Source: an uncultured delta proteobacterium (GTDB lineage: Bacteria > Desulfobacterota > Binatia > UBA9968). Taken from it: 64,000 nucleotides of DNA. Location: positions 224,001 through 288,000 of the forward strand of contig CAWDPO010000006.1 in NCBI GenBank assembly GCA_963804165.1, given 5' to 3'. Below, piece by piece: positions 29,045 through 38,707 of this stretch; within the stretch, counting starts at the first letter, position 1; every line of letters starts with the position of its first letter. The position numbers were made by a program, and so were the translations under genes. Below the pieces are notes generated by a model. That model was given only the letters and a program-made list of their open reading frames with translations. It did not search any database and had not been told where the DNA came from.

Positions 29045-29779
29045 CTAGTTCGCTCCGAAAGACGAATCGTTAGGGCTGCTCTCGATGACCTTACGAAGGT
29101 TCCTCGGGTTGACGATAATGCGTCGCCCTTCCCTCAAAATAACCTTCTCGCGGTCGAATTCATTCAGATATTCGGTGACCTGCTGGCGCGAGGCGCCGAC
29201 GATGCTGGCGAGCGTCTCATGACTGATGGCCAACGTGATCAAGGTTCCACGCGAGTCGGCTGATCCAAAATGATCAGCCAAACTCGAAAGCTCAAGCGCG
29301 ATCCGTCGTCGCACGTCAAGGCCGATGCCACGGATGCAGTGGATGTACGATTGTCTATTCAGATGCAAGGTCGTGGCAAACCCTGGCAGAAAAGTTTCAT
29401 ACGAGGCGCCCAGAAGCGTTTCGACAAATGCCTGTGGTTTGATCGAGCCTATTATAGAGGATTCAAAGGCGTCGCACCTGAAAGCATGGCGCATTTCGGG
29501 CACGAGCGAGTCGAGGCCGAAAAATACTCCCGATGGAATCAGACTGACGATCGTCTGTCGGTCGTAAGCATTGTAGGTGAGCCTGACGACTCCTGAGATG
29601 GCCAGGTAAATGAGCTTGGCGTGGTCGCCCTGATCATAAACAGTTTCGCCTTTTTTGAAAATCTTGACGGTCAGACTTCTGGCGAGTCTGTCTAGTTGAG
29701 CCGTCGATAGGCGGTAGAGATTTTTGAGCTGCTTAAGATCTTTCGTATCGACGTTTGTCAAAGAAGTGTTTTTGGCCAT
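29045..29779 (-). CDS. Crp/Fnr family transcriptional regulator
   Basis: cNMP domain (FKKGETVYDQGD, GVFFG) and C-terminal HTH (ISHETLASIVGASRQQVTEYL). Confidence 0.9.
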   Translation of the reverse strand: MAKNTSLTNVDTKDLKQLKNLYRLSTAQLDRLARSLTVKIFKKGETVYDQGDHAKLIYLAISGVVRLTYNAYDRQTIVSLIPSGVFFGLDSLVPEMRHAFRCDAFESSIIGSIKPQAFVETLLGASYETFLPGFATTLHLNRQSYIHCIRGIGLDVRRRIALELSSLADHFGSADSRGTLITLAISHETLASIVGASRQQVTEYLNEFDREKVILREGRRIIVNPRNLRKVIESSPNDSSFGAN

Positions 29780-30638
29780 AACCACGGTTCGCTCCAACGA
29801 CGGAATCGGCTGTTAAACGTATTTTCTCCCCGCGATTAAATGATCGATTATTGTCATCCCAAGCAACCACTTTCGGTCCCGGAAAATCCGTAGGTTTGAT
29901 CGAAAACAGCCGAAACATATAACGAAATTAACGACGATTCTGTCAGATACCTGACATCCCGTTAACAAAAATCCAGTTCGACGCCCGACGAACACCGAGG
30001 TCTCCGATGACCGGAGAGCTAGGGGGTTTCGACTAGCTTCGTACGCGGCCTTAGTCGGCTCGTTCTCCAGCTTCACGTGCGCTCTTGCAAACGTCCCCGT
30101 AAAAAACGCGACCCAACGCGAGAAGTCCGACTGTTTGGTATATTGCGCAATCGTCGGACCACTCGGAAAAATCAAATTTACAGCGTCCTTCGGTCGTTTT
30201 TTAAGAAAAAATATATCGGGACGAGTTGATTGCGTAGGGAAAATCTCTGACAGCTCGATAGTCGTTTTCATACCATCGGCAATCTCAGACCGATCAGATC
30301 CTGCACGGCGCCGTAACCGGCGTGACGAGAGTTGATTCGAGAGGAGTCAAGAGAAGGCTCCGGCCGGAGTTTGGACGCCATTGATAATCTTTCTTATAGC
30401 TGAACCCGAACCTTGGGCCTGTGCTGGACACCCTGGTTGACATTCAGCTGATCGGTGACATGCTTTTTTGAGGGGACATCAGACCGATGAACGCGAGATC
30501 TCCTCCCACCGCTTAGAACCCAGCACCAAACTTGGCTGTTAGCCGTACGCAACTTTACTCCTCAGCCTGAGCCTCATCTAACTTCTGAGTTTATAAGGTT
30601 TTTGAGTCTTTCTTCTACTCAAACGAAAGGAGAGGCCG

Positions 30639-31559
30639 ATGGAAGAGAAAAGAGGAATTTTTGAATCGGTAAAGGACGGTGTTGTCGGAACGATCAGAGG
30701 AACCGGTGACGTAGCGAAAGCGGTGGTGGATACTGTGAGCGGGACCTTGTCTCATACAATCAAGGGAACGGGCGCGGTGGGGACCGCGTTGATCGAAACT
30801 GTTTCGGACGTCGGACGCGCGGCGATCCGTGGAGTGTCCGATGTCGGCGGCGACGTAGGATCGGCTGCGAAGAGCGCCGTGGTAGGAACGCTGCGCGGGA
30901 CCAAGGAAACCAGCATAGAAGCGGCGGATGCGATAAAGGCAGCCACCAGCAGCGTGATCAAAGAAACATCGGCGGTTGCCGGCGACCTTGGCAACGCGGC
31001 AAAAGGCGCCATGCAAGGAGCGATTACCGGCGCCAAAGAAATCGGCCTGAATGCGACAGAGGCAACCGCGGCGGCGGCAAATGGCATCCTCAAGTCAACC
31101 AGCGAAGTTCTTTCCGGCACCGGCAAGGCCGGAGCGTCATTGTTTGCGGCCTCCTCCGGGGTGATTCGCTCCGCCATTCAAGCGGTCGTCGACGTTGGTG
31201 GTGACGTCGGTTCGGGTGCCAAGGGCGCCGTTCTCGGAGTCTTGCAAGGAACCAAAGCCAGCGGCAAAGAGGCATTGGAGGCGATCAGCGAGACGAGCAG
31301 CAATCTCGTTAAAGGTACGTCGGACGTTGCCGGTGATATCGCGAAAGCCGCCAAAGGCGCGGTGCAGGGAGCGATCGAGGGAGCAAAAGAAATCAGTTTG
31401 GATACCACGGAAGCGGCATCAGCGGCGGCCACCGGCGCGCTGAAGGCAGCTGAACAGATCAGCTCGAAAGCCGCGCAACAAGTGCGCAAGGCGGTGACCG
31501 GCACCATCGCCGGTGTGAAAGTCGTACTGAAGGAACCTTTCAAATCAAATAAATCCTGA
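30639..31559 (+). CDS. Ala/Gly-rich repetitive hypothetical protein
   Basis: RBS AGGAGAGG; two repeat units 117 aa apart, each beginning DVGGDVGS. Confidence 0.8.
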   Translation: MEEKRGIFESVKDGVVGTIRGTGDVAKAVVDTVSGTLSHTIKGTGAVGTALIETVSDVGRAAIRGVSDVGGDVGSAAKSAVVGTLRGTKETSIEAADAIKAATSSVIKETSAVAGDLGNAAKGAMQGAITGAKEIGLNATEATAAAANGILKSTSEVLSGTGKAGASLFAASSGVIRSAIQAVVDVGGDVGSGAKGAVLGVLQGTKASGKEALEAISETSSNLVKGTSDVAGDIAKAAKGAVQGAIEGAKEISLDTTEAASAAATGALKAAEQISSKAAQQVRKAVTGTIAGVKVVLKEPFKSNKS

Positions 31560-31591
31560 GCCGGTTAAGTTGGCGCGAAAAAACCCTGTGT

Positions 31592-31656
31592 GTAGTGGGC
31601 TCATTTTGCCAGTTGCGATCGGTCGCGGCCGACACTCTGACAAAATGACCCACTAC
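31592..31656. repeat. Inverted repeat (REP/REPIN- or MITE-like), possible bidirectional terminator
   Basis: GTAGTGGGCTCATTTTGCCAG (31592-31612) / CTGACAAAATGACCCACTAC (31637-31656), between convergent genes. Confidence 0.7.
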
Positions 31657-31675
31657 TGAAATGCATGACTGGTTC

Positions 31676-32962
31676 TTAACGCGCCGCAGGGCTCGATCCA
31701 GACTGGGGAAATCTGACGATCGTTGCCGAATTTTCCTCGGTCAAGGATCTTAGACTTTTCCCCTCCAGCGCTTTTCGTACGGCGTGATCACGTTGCAGCA
31801 GGACTTGGTTAGCGGGGCCGGCATGATCGATCGTTAGCGCAGCGGAAGCGTCCACAATATCGAGAATATCTTTGACATCGACGGTTTCAGGCGGTCGTGC
31901 CAACGCGACGCCTTCAGGCTCAGCGGATCTAAGCAAAATTCCCGCTCTAACATATTCGTCGAAGAGATTGTCCAGACTCGGCACACCAAGATAAGCGGCA
32001 AGCTCGGTGGCTTGCCAGGGTGGCGCTTGAGAAAGATGGCGGCGGGCAATCTCGACCAGCGCCGAAAGGGCGAGCCATTCCTGGAATCGATGACCCTTGC
32101 CACCGGGCAGCGCTTCACGGATGAAGGCGGAAGGGTGTTGGTGAAAATAAGCGACTTCAGCGCCGACCAGGAAAATGAGCCAGCCGACGTAAACCCAGAT
32201 AAGAAAGACAACGATGATCGCGAAGCTCGAGTAAATGGCAGCGTAGCGGGCAGAGTTCGCAACGAAGACGGCAAATGCCGTGCCGACGAGCTGCCACAGA
32301 ATACCCGCGGCGGCTCCGCCGATCAGCGCCGAACTAAGCCGCACGCGGGTGTAGGGAATCAATTTGTAGAGAAAAGCGAACGTGGCGCAAAAGAGCACAA
32401 AAGGCATGACGTTGGTCGTCAGTGTAAAAATGTAACTCACGAAGCCAATTCGAACGAGGCGCTCCACCAACCAGTAACTTTGCGCCGAGGCGATGAGAGT
32501 TAAAGCGGTAAAAACCATAACCGGCCCTACCAACACCACACTCAGATAAGCCGTGATCCTCTGGCCCCATGTGCGGGAGCGCGGCAAGCGCCAGATCCGA
32601 TTGAGCGCGTCCTCGATCTTGGCCACCAGTGTGACCACGGTATAAAACAACATGGCCATGCCCGCTGCGCCGAGGATGCCGACGCGGAGATTGTCAACGA
32701 AGGTCATGATCTTGATAGTCACCGCCGATGCTTCTTCGCCGAGCGGTTGCAGCAGCTGCGCCAGAAAGGGCTCCAGAGCATTTTGCACGCCGAAGGACTT
32801 AAGCACGGAGAACATCACGGCAAGGAAAGGGACTAACGATAGCAACGTGGAGTAGGTCAAGCTCATCGCCTGGAGACTGAGCACGTCATCGCGATACCGT
32901 GAGTTGACAATGATGGTCGCCCGGTAGAGCGCCCGTTGAACTTTGGCGAGAATCGAACTCAT
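31676..32962 (-). CDS. YihY/BrkB family membrane protein with C-terminal winged-helix extension
   Basis: AMSLTYSTLLSLVP, IEDALNRIW, YKLIPYTRV, IYSSFA, GAEVAY; C-terminal LARPPETVDVKDIL. Confidence 0.88.
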   Translation of the reverse strand: MSSILAKVQRALYRATIIVNSRYRDDVLSLQAMSLTYSTLLSLVPFLAVMFSVLKSFGVQNALEPFLAQLLQPLGEEASAVTIKIMTFVDNLRVGILGAAGMAMLFYTVVTLVAKIEDALNRIWRLPRSRTWGQRITAYLSVVLVGPVMVFTALTLIASAQSYWLVERLVRIGFVSYIFTLTTNVMPFVLFCATFAFLYKLIPYTRVRLSSALIGGAAAGILWQLVGTAFAVFVANSARYAAIYSSFAIIVVFLIWVYVGWLIFLVGAEVAYFHQHPSAFIREALPGGKGHRFQEWLALSALVEIARRHLSQAPPWQATELAAYLGVPSLDNLFDEYVRAGILLRSAEPEGVALARPPETVDVKDILDIVDASAALTIDHAGPANQVLLQRDHAVRKALEGKSLRSLTEENSATIVRFPQSGSSPAAR

Positions 32963-33216
32963 AAGTCAACCTCGCTTCCAACTAATATTTTAGTTCTTTA
33001 TACGGAGAACTCTAGTGGGAAGGGCGAGGTCGCATCGGGAGAATTTTTCAAACAGGGGAAGCAGGAAAATAGTCTCACGCACGACCGTCAGGCAATATCT
33101 CTCGTAGAGTTTCGCATGCCTCGTTCACCGCGCTGAGGACACGGTGCGGGGAGCACAAAAGCAAAAGTCCAATGGCAGCGAATTGACATTCGCTGCGAAA
33201 GAGTTACCAAGATCCC

Positions 33217-33960
33217 ATGGCAGCGCATCTTGCCATGAGGTCAGGCAATCCGGTTTTAGCCGGAGACACTTTCCGAAGAGAGCGGGCTCTCGTCGGCAAC
33301 GACGCCATGACCGTAGCCGGGACAGTCAACAAGACCGCCCTAGTCTTGGCGATCTTGTTCGTCACGGCGACGTTTACCTGGGGACAGGGTCCGGCCGCCA
33401 CGGGCTATGTGCTAGTGGGCGTACTGGGCGGGATGGTCGTCGCGCTGGTTACGGTTTTCAAGAAAACCTGGGCACCGGTGACCGCGCCGATTTACGGGGC
33501 GTTCGAGGGTCTTGCCCTCGGCGGGATTTCCGCGATGATCGAAAGCCGTTATCCGGGTATTGTCAGCCAGGCCATTTTCCTCACCTTCGGCACGCTCGCC
33601 GCCTTGCTGATCGCCTATCGGTCTGGATGGATTCAAGCAACGGAAAATTTCAAGTTGGGCGTCGCGGCCGCCACCGGCGGAATTTTTTTCGTCTATCTCA
33701 TCGGTTTCGTGCTCAGTTTTTTCGGCATGAGCATCCCGCTGATTCACGGCAGCGGAACCTTCGGCATTCTTTTCAGTCTGTTCGTCGTGGTCATCGCCGC
33801 GCTGAATCTGGTACTGGACTTTGACTTCATCGAGCAAGGCGCCGAACAAGGCGCGCCAAAATACATGGAATGGTACGGCGCCTTTGCCCTCTTGGTCACG
33901 TTAGTCTGGCTCTATCTTGAAATTCTCCGCCTCCTCACCAAGCTGCAGGAACGGCGCTAG
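33217..33960 (+). CDS. Bax inhibitor-1/YccA family membrane protein
   Basis: MRSGNP, LVLDFDFIEQG, APKYMEWYGAFALLVTLVWLYLEILRLL. Confidence 0.92.
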   Translation: MAAHLAMRSGNPVLAGDTFRRERALVGNDAMTVAGTVNKTALVLAILFVTATFTWGQGPAATGYVLVGVLGGMVVALVTVFKKTWAPVTAPIYGAFEGLALGGISAMIESRYPGIVSQAIFLTFGTLAALLIAYRSGWIQATENFKLGVAAATGGIFFVYLIGFVLSFFGMSIPLIHGSGTFGILFSLFVVVIAALNLVLDFDFIEQGAEQGAPKYMEWYGAFALLVTLVWLYLEILRLLTKLQERR

Positions 33961-34429
33961 ACAATAAGTTTGCGAAACCCTCTGCCGCGTCGATTGGCGC
34001 GGCGATGCGCCGTCGCGAACTCAACTCCAATCACGCCGCCGCAAAAAGAGGAAACAGCTCTGAAAAATGATCTGTGATCGATCATCGGAACCCTGCCGTC
34101 GAGCAAATCGCAATTGGAGAGCACGTTACCGATCTAGACATCGGAATCGGATCGGGTATACCTTTGGACGATGGCAGCCTCCAAAAACGACCGACTGACA
34201 GGCCGGCAGTTCACGGAATTACGGCGTCCGGCGGCTTGCGGTAAGACCGCGCGATACAGGCCGCCCGTCGCCGACGATCACGCAGAGGGCGGATCCCTTG
34301 GCTCCTTACCCGGAGATATCAGCTTGACCCGTCTCAGTCGATGAAATACGCTTCTGACCGCATTGACGCTTATCAGTATCTGAATCTAAACGTCCGCCAG
34401 ATGTCGGCTTACAATTCACCGGAGGAACT

Positions 34430-34915
34430 ATGAGTTTTGTCCTAATTCCGAGTTTGCAGAAAACCGCGCGAGTTGCCCCGTTCGTTTTCATCGCACTGAT
34501 ATTGACTTCACCTGTAATGGCTACAGCCGGTGCGGCAGAAGACGCGATTGCGGCGATGGATCGTTGGTCGGCAGCATACAGCGCAAACGATCCAGAGGCG
34601 GTGGTTAAAAATTATCGGCCGGACGCAATTCTGCTCGGAACGGTAAGTCCGGTTTTATCGCAGGGCACGGACGCGATCCGGGTTTATTTCTCAGGTCTAA
34701 AAGGAAGTGGAAACAAGAACGTCATTGGTGAACGGCATACAATGGTACTCAGTGACAACGCCGTAATAGTCACTGGCTTTTACCAGTTTATCCGCATGAA
34801 GGATGGCCAGGCTGTACCCGACCCTGCGCGGTTCACTATCCTCCTTATTAAGGATGGCGGCGAATGGCTTATTGCTCATCACCATTCCTCGCCGCGCGCG
34901 CAACCAGCTAAGTAA
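34430..34915 (+). CDS. Secreted SnoaL/CaMKII-association-like (SgcJ/EcaC) protein
   Basis: Signal peptide; DRWSAAY, DAILLGT, PARFT, WLIAHHHSS. Confidence 0.8.
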   Translation: MSFVLIPSLQKTARVAPFVFIALILTSPVMATAGAAEDAIAAMDRWSAAYSANDPEAVVKNYRPDAILLGTVSPVLSQGTDAIRVYFSGLKGSGNKNVIGERHTMVLSDNAVIVTGFYQFIRMKDGQAVPDPARFTILLIKDGGEWLIAHHHSSPRAQPAK

Positions 34916-35371
34916 GACTAGCCCGGTCGGGTGATGCTGTGCGTTGGCTCGTACACGTAATCTGTGATCCCTGTCACCTTCACCGAACACGTCAGAAGAA
35001 GAACACAGCCTAAAGCTTAAGTTAGCGCAGGCTGCGGCCAGCCGAATTGGCTGAATCCACTCTGCGCAGTCGTTTACCAAAGTGCAAACGTCGTGAGCTT
35101 CCATCGCCTCTGAGGGAAACGACTGCAGGATCGTTCAACTATCATCGACGAATCAACAGCGCATTTCGAACCTTCAATCGCGCCACTGCTGTCCCATTTC
35201 TTGGGTTCAGCGGGAGGGGTCGGGATGTGTGATCGCAACGGAGAAAAAGTAGCCTATTTCCTTTAATTTCCCCTGCCGGTGTACGGTCCTGTCCAAATCG
35301 GGTAGGTTCAAACGTCATTAGATTGAAGCATCGCGATCGGCCGTAATGCGCGGCCGAAGAAGGCGCTATCG

Positions 35372-35977
35372 ATGACGATAAAGGCTATACGAGTTCGCCC
35401 CACCCGATCGATCCGCGTGCGCTGGACGCTCCAAGAGCTGGGCGTGGATTTCGAACCCATCCGTGTCGACCTCCTGGCCGGCGAGCACCGCCGCCCCGAG
35501 TTCCTCAAGATCAATCCCGCCGGGAAGATTCCCGTGCTCGTCGACGCCGACCTAGTGCTCACCGAGTCTGTGGCCATCGTGCTCTACTTGGCCGACAAGT
35601 ATTCCGACAAGGACCTGATCCCCACCGACCTCAAGGAGCGAGTCCAGGTCAACCGCTGGCTCCTCTACGCGGCGACGGAGTTGGAGCAGCCGCTGTGGCG
35701 CATCTCTCGCCATACGGTGCTGTATCCGGAAGAGCAGCGCTTGCCTGGAGATGTGATTCTCGCGAGCCAGGAGTTCAAGGAAATGGCATCCGTGCTGGAG
35801 GAGCACATGCAACGGCGGCAGTTCGTCGTGGGCGATAGTGTGACGGTTGCCGATTTTGTGATGGCATACACGCTCGACTGGGGCAACGGACCAGTTGCTG
35901 GACGGCTGCCCGCACCTGCTGGACTACATGAAGCGGATGTACGCCCGCCCGAATGCGCCGGCGCCATCAAGCCTTGA
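35372..35977 (+). CDS. Glutathione S-transferase family protein (frameshifted near both ends)
   Basis: RSIRVRWTLQELG, INPAGKIPVL, LTESVAI, TVADF; C-terminal LLDGCPHLLDYMKRMYARP lies in another frame. Confidence 0.85.
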   Translation: MTIKAIRVRPTRSIRVRWTLQELGVDFEPIRVDLLAGEHRRPEFLKINPAGKIPVLVDADLVLTESVAIVLYLADKYSDKDLIPTDLKERVQVNRWLLYAATELEQPLWRISRHTVLYPEEQRLPGDVILASQEFKEMASVLEEHMQRRQFVVGDSVTVADFVMAYTLDWGNGPVAGRLPAPAGLHEADVRPPECAGAIKP

Positions 35978-36072
35978 GCGGCAGGGTTATGAAGTACTAA
36001 GCCCGAACGCATTTAGCTCGGATAGCTCCAGTAACTGCTGCGGGAAGAGAGCAAGCGGATCTAACTTTTTGA

Positions 36073-36570
36073 CTAGACCCGCGTTTGATTCGACTGGACA
36101 CGCTTTCGGCAAAGGTCAAGAAATAGTGGATGGAAGGATGAAACGGTACGGTCTTCTCCTTGTTCCTGACCCGCATTGTCTCTATACCGGATTGTGATCG
36201 AAATTCGCCTTTTCTGCAGCTCGAGCAGCTTGACCGCTCTGGAATCGAGGTCGGCGCCTATGGTGCGCAGGATACTCGAAACACTCTGGAAATTCGGGAG
36301 GCGTCCAGAATCAGAACGTTTCGCTCGCCCGGCTTGAGATAATCGTTCAATGTCAGCCAGGCCGAGCGCTAGAGACGCCGTGCCGGAACCCATGTGTAAT
36401 TGCCGGAGCCACTGCCGTGCCTTCGACCGGAGTGAGCCAGTCTGATCAGGCGCACCATCAATGATATAGTTATCTTCAGTTTGCTTTAGGTCAAAGACGC
36501 TAATGTCTCTAGCTTCGAGCGCCTGGCCAATAGCTCTGAGCTCTTCATCGTAACGTCTCGTAGCCGCCAT
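36073..36570 (-). CDS. Hypothetical protein with internal LRxIG repeat
   Basis: RBS GGAGG before ATG 36570; ELRAIGQALEAR and ILRTIGADLDSR. Confidence 0.7.
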   Translation of the reverse strand: MAATRRYDEELRAIGQALEARDISVFDLKQTEDNYIIDGAPDQTGSLRSKARQWLRQLHMGSGTASLALGLADIERLSQAGRAKRSDSGRLPNFQSVSSILRTIGADLDSRAVKLLELQKRRISITIRYRDNAGQEQGEDRTVSSFHPLFLDLCRKRVQSNQTRV

Positions 36571-36804
36571 AGCACACCTCCGGTTAAGGTAAATTAAAAT
36601 TAGCGCGGACGGCGAGGCTTCCTCATAAATCAGGTGTAGGCTAGAAGCAAGGGATAGGCTGACCCTCCCGCTGACTCGACGCAACGATATGAAAATATAT
36701 CGTCGCCGTCTGTAAAGATCACAGGTTTGCGGCTATAGAGTGCTCAGGAGTAGCGTTCGGAACCCCGCATCGGGTATAGAGATCTTCCGGGATGGTGGTG
36801 CAAT

Positions 36805-37065
36805 ATGAAACTGTCTCTCAAAGCCATGGTCATCGCTGGCGCCCTGTTCAAAGCCGTCGCCTTTCTATTTATCTCGCTGCTGAATCTCATCCTGCGGCCC
36901 TACGGCGGCGCTTACCTCGCGATGCTAAGCTCGCTCTACCCCGGCTATGACCCAGTCACCGTACCGATTGGCATGATCGTCGGCACACTCTATTCTTTAC
37001 TCGCCGGAGCGCTCGCGGGCCTTCTTTTCGGCTGCCTTTACAATTTTTTTGCAGACCGTACTTAG
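36805..37065 (+). CDS. Small membrane protein
   Basis: 86 aa, two hydrophobic segments, SLYPGY motif. Confidence 0.7.
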   Translation: MKLSLKAMVIAGALFKAVAFLFISLLNLILRPYGGAYLAMLSSLYPGYDPVTVPIGMIVGTLYSLLAGALAGLLFGCLYNFFADRT

Positions 37066-37304
37066 CAACAAGGGAAAAACGGGCCTCCGAGGTACTCGCT
37101 CTGACGCTCAGCGACGCCCTCAGCGTTTCCGCGGTGAGATGTTCAAAATCGGCTTGGCGTAACTCGCGGTGTATGAACGCATTCGCTTGGCGTTTGTTAT
37201 GTCGTGATAAAATACAATGAGATGAAAGCTCATCGGAAAGAACTCCTGTCGGCTTGTCGCATCCGCCGGCCCGCGACACCGGTCAGGCGGTAGGCAAACA
37301 CTTC

Positions 37305-37955
37305 ATGACAACCGTAACGAACCGACGAATTCCGATGTGGGTGAAGGTGGCGTACTCCGCCTTCGTGGCTGTCGTTGTGCCGTCCTATTGGGTCACTTAC
37401 AGTCCGTGGAACTTTCTCTACTTTTGTGACATCGCGCTGCTGGTCACCGCGCTGGCGATCTGGATCGAAAGCCCACTCCTCGTCAGCATGCAAGCGGTCG
37501 CCATCACGTTGCCGCAGATGTTGTGGGTGGTCGATTTTCTGTGCCGGCTGATTGCGGGCGTAAACATAACCGGCGTGACCAGCTACATGCTCGATTCGAG
37601 CATCCCACTGTTTTTGCGCGCACTCTCGTTATTTCATGGTTGGCTACCATTTGTCCTGTTGTGGTTGGTCTCGCGCTTGGGCTACGACTGGCGCGCGCTT
37701 GGCATGCAATCCGTGATCGCGATCGTGGTCTTGCTCGTTTCGTATCTGTTCGCTCCGGCCCCGCCACCCTCTGCCAGCCATCCCACCTGGGCAGTCAACA
37801 TCAATTACGTTTACGGACTCGACGACAAGCAGCCCCAGACGGTGATGGCGCCTTGGTTGTGGTTGCTTTTGTTGATGGCCGTCAATGTAATTGCGGTCTA
37901 CGTACCAACTCACTTCGTGCTGCGACGTTTCTTCAAAGCGCCCTCCTCGCGTTGA
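37305..37955 (+). CDS. Hypothetical integral membrane protein
   Basis: Multi-TM; NFLYFCDIAL, LSLFHGWLP, NINYVYG. Confidence 0.75.
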   Translation: MTTVTNRRIPMWVKVAYSAFVAVVVPSYWVTYSPWNFLYFCDIALLVTALAIWIESPLLVSMQAVAITLPQMLWVVDFLCRLIAGVNITGVTSYMLDSSIPLFLRALSLFHGWLPFVLLWLVSRLGYDWRALGMQSVIAIVVLLVSYLFAPAPPPSASHPTWAVNINYVYGLDDKQPQTVMAPWLWLLLLMAVNVIAVYVPTHFVLRRFFKAPSSR

Positions 37956-38128
37956 GGACACTCAGGAAATCGCGCTACGCGAAGGTTACTTCAGGTACAG
38001 TGACCTAAACCGATTGTAAGATCAGCTGAACGTTACCCTACCGCGCAACACCTAGCACGTTCGATGGCACCGGCGGGTGGAGAGAACAGAACTGCACGCC
38101 CGGAAAAACATTGAAGGAACGTAAGGGA

Positions 38129-38169
38129 TTCCGCCGCTGACTGGGCCTAGGAACCAGCCAGCGGCGGAA
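38129..38169. terminator. Strong hairpin after the 38179 gene
   Basis: TTCCGCCGCTGACTGG / CCAGCCAGCGGCGGAA, 15/16 paired. Confidence 0.65.
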
Positions 38170-38178
38170 GTTTCTTTC

Positions 38179-38451
38179 TTAGTCGGCCTGCCGCGAAGTA
38201 CCGCTGCCGCTGTCACTGGAGCTGCCGCTACCGCTAGTCGTACTACCGCTGCCCGACCTTCTCGTTGCACTGCGCTCGGAATCACTGCTCGTTCCGCTCC
38301 CGCTGGAATCAGTAGAGCCTTGACCAGAGCCACGAACCGAAGTCGAATCTCCTCGGGTACGCACATCAACATCTTTAGCCGCGCATCCGCCGGCCACCAG
38401 AGCGAGTGCGAAGAGCCCGGCGATGAAATATCGATCCATCTTGTTCTTCAC
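38179..38451 (-). CDS. Small Ser/Gly-rich lipoprotein
   Basis: Lipobox-like LVAGGC followed by a low-complexity S/G/T tail. Confidence 0.7.
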   Translation of the reverse strand: MKNKMDRYFIAGLFALALVAGGCAAKDVDVRTRGDSTSVRGSGQGSTDSSGSGTSSDSERSATRRSGSGSTTSGSGSSSDSGSGTSRQAD

Positions 38452-38470
38452 TTTTCTTTAGGTGAGTGGG

Positions 38471-38486
38471 AGCATATCTGATACCA
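38471..38486 (-). promoter_or_regulatory. Putative sigma54 promoter
   Basis: TGGTATCAGATATGCT, GG-N10-GC spacing. Confidence 0.55.
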
Positions 38487-38707
38487 AAAATGAGGTGTCC
38501 CACACGCATGACAAGGCAGCAAAAAAGCAAAAACAATTTCGATTTATCTGTCTCGGAAATGAGATTACTGTTAGTGCGTCTGGAGAATTTCACTTAAATC
38601 AGCAGGAAAAATTCTGACGGATGCTCGCGGCTGAGAATGCCACATGCCAGCAGAATGTAGGACAGATAAATGGGACGGGCCTTGGTTGTAGTAGATTCTG
38701 TTGGGTT

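Noticed and set aside
29813-30271. 152-aa minus ORF upstream of the Crp gene
   Set aside because: No recognisable domain or clear RBS; cannot be supported from sequence alone.
33961-34429. Possible ncRNA or tRNA in a long intergenic region (GGCGGC...GCCGCC hairpin)
   Set aside because: No cloverleaf or known motif; a short GC hairpin is expected by chance.
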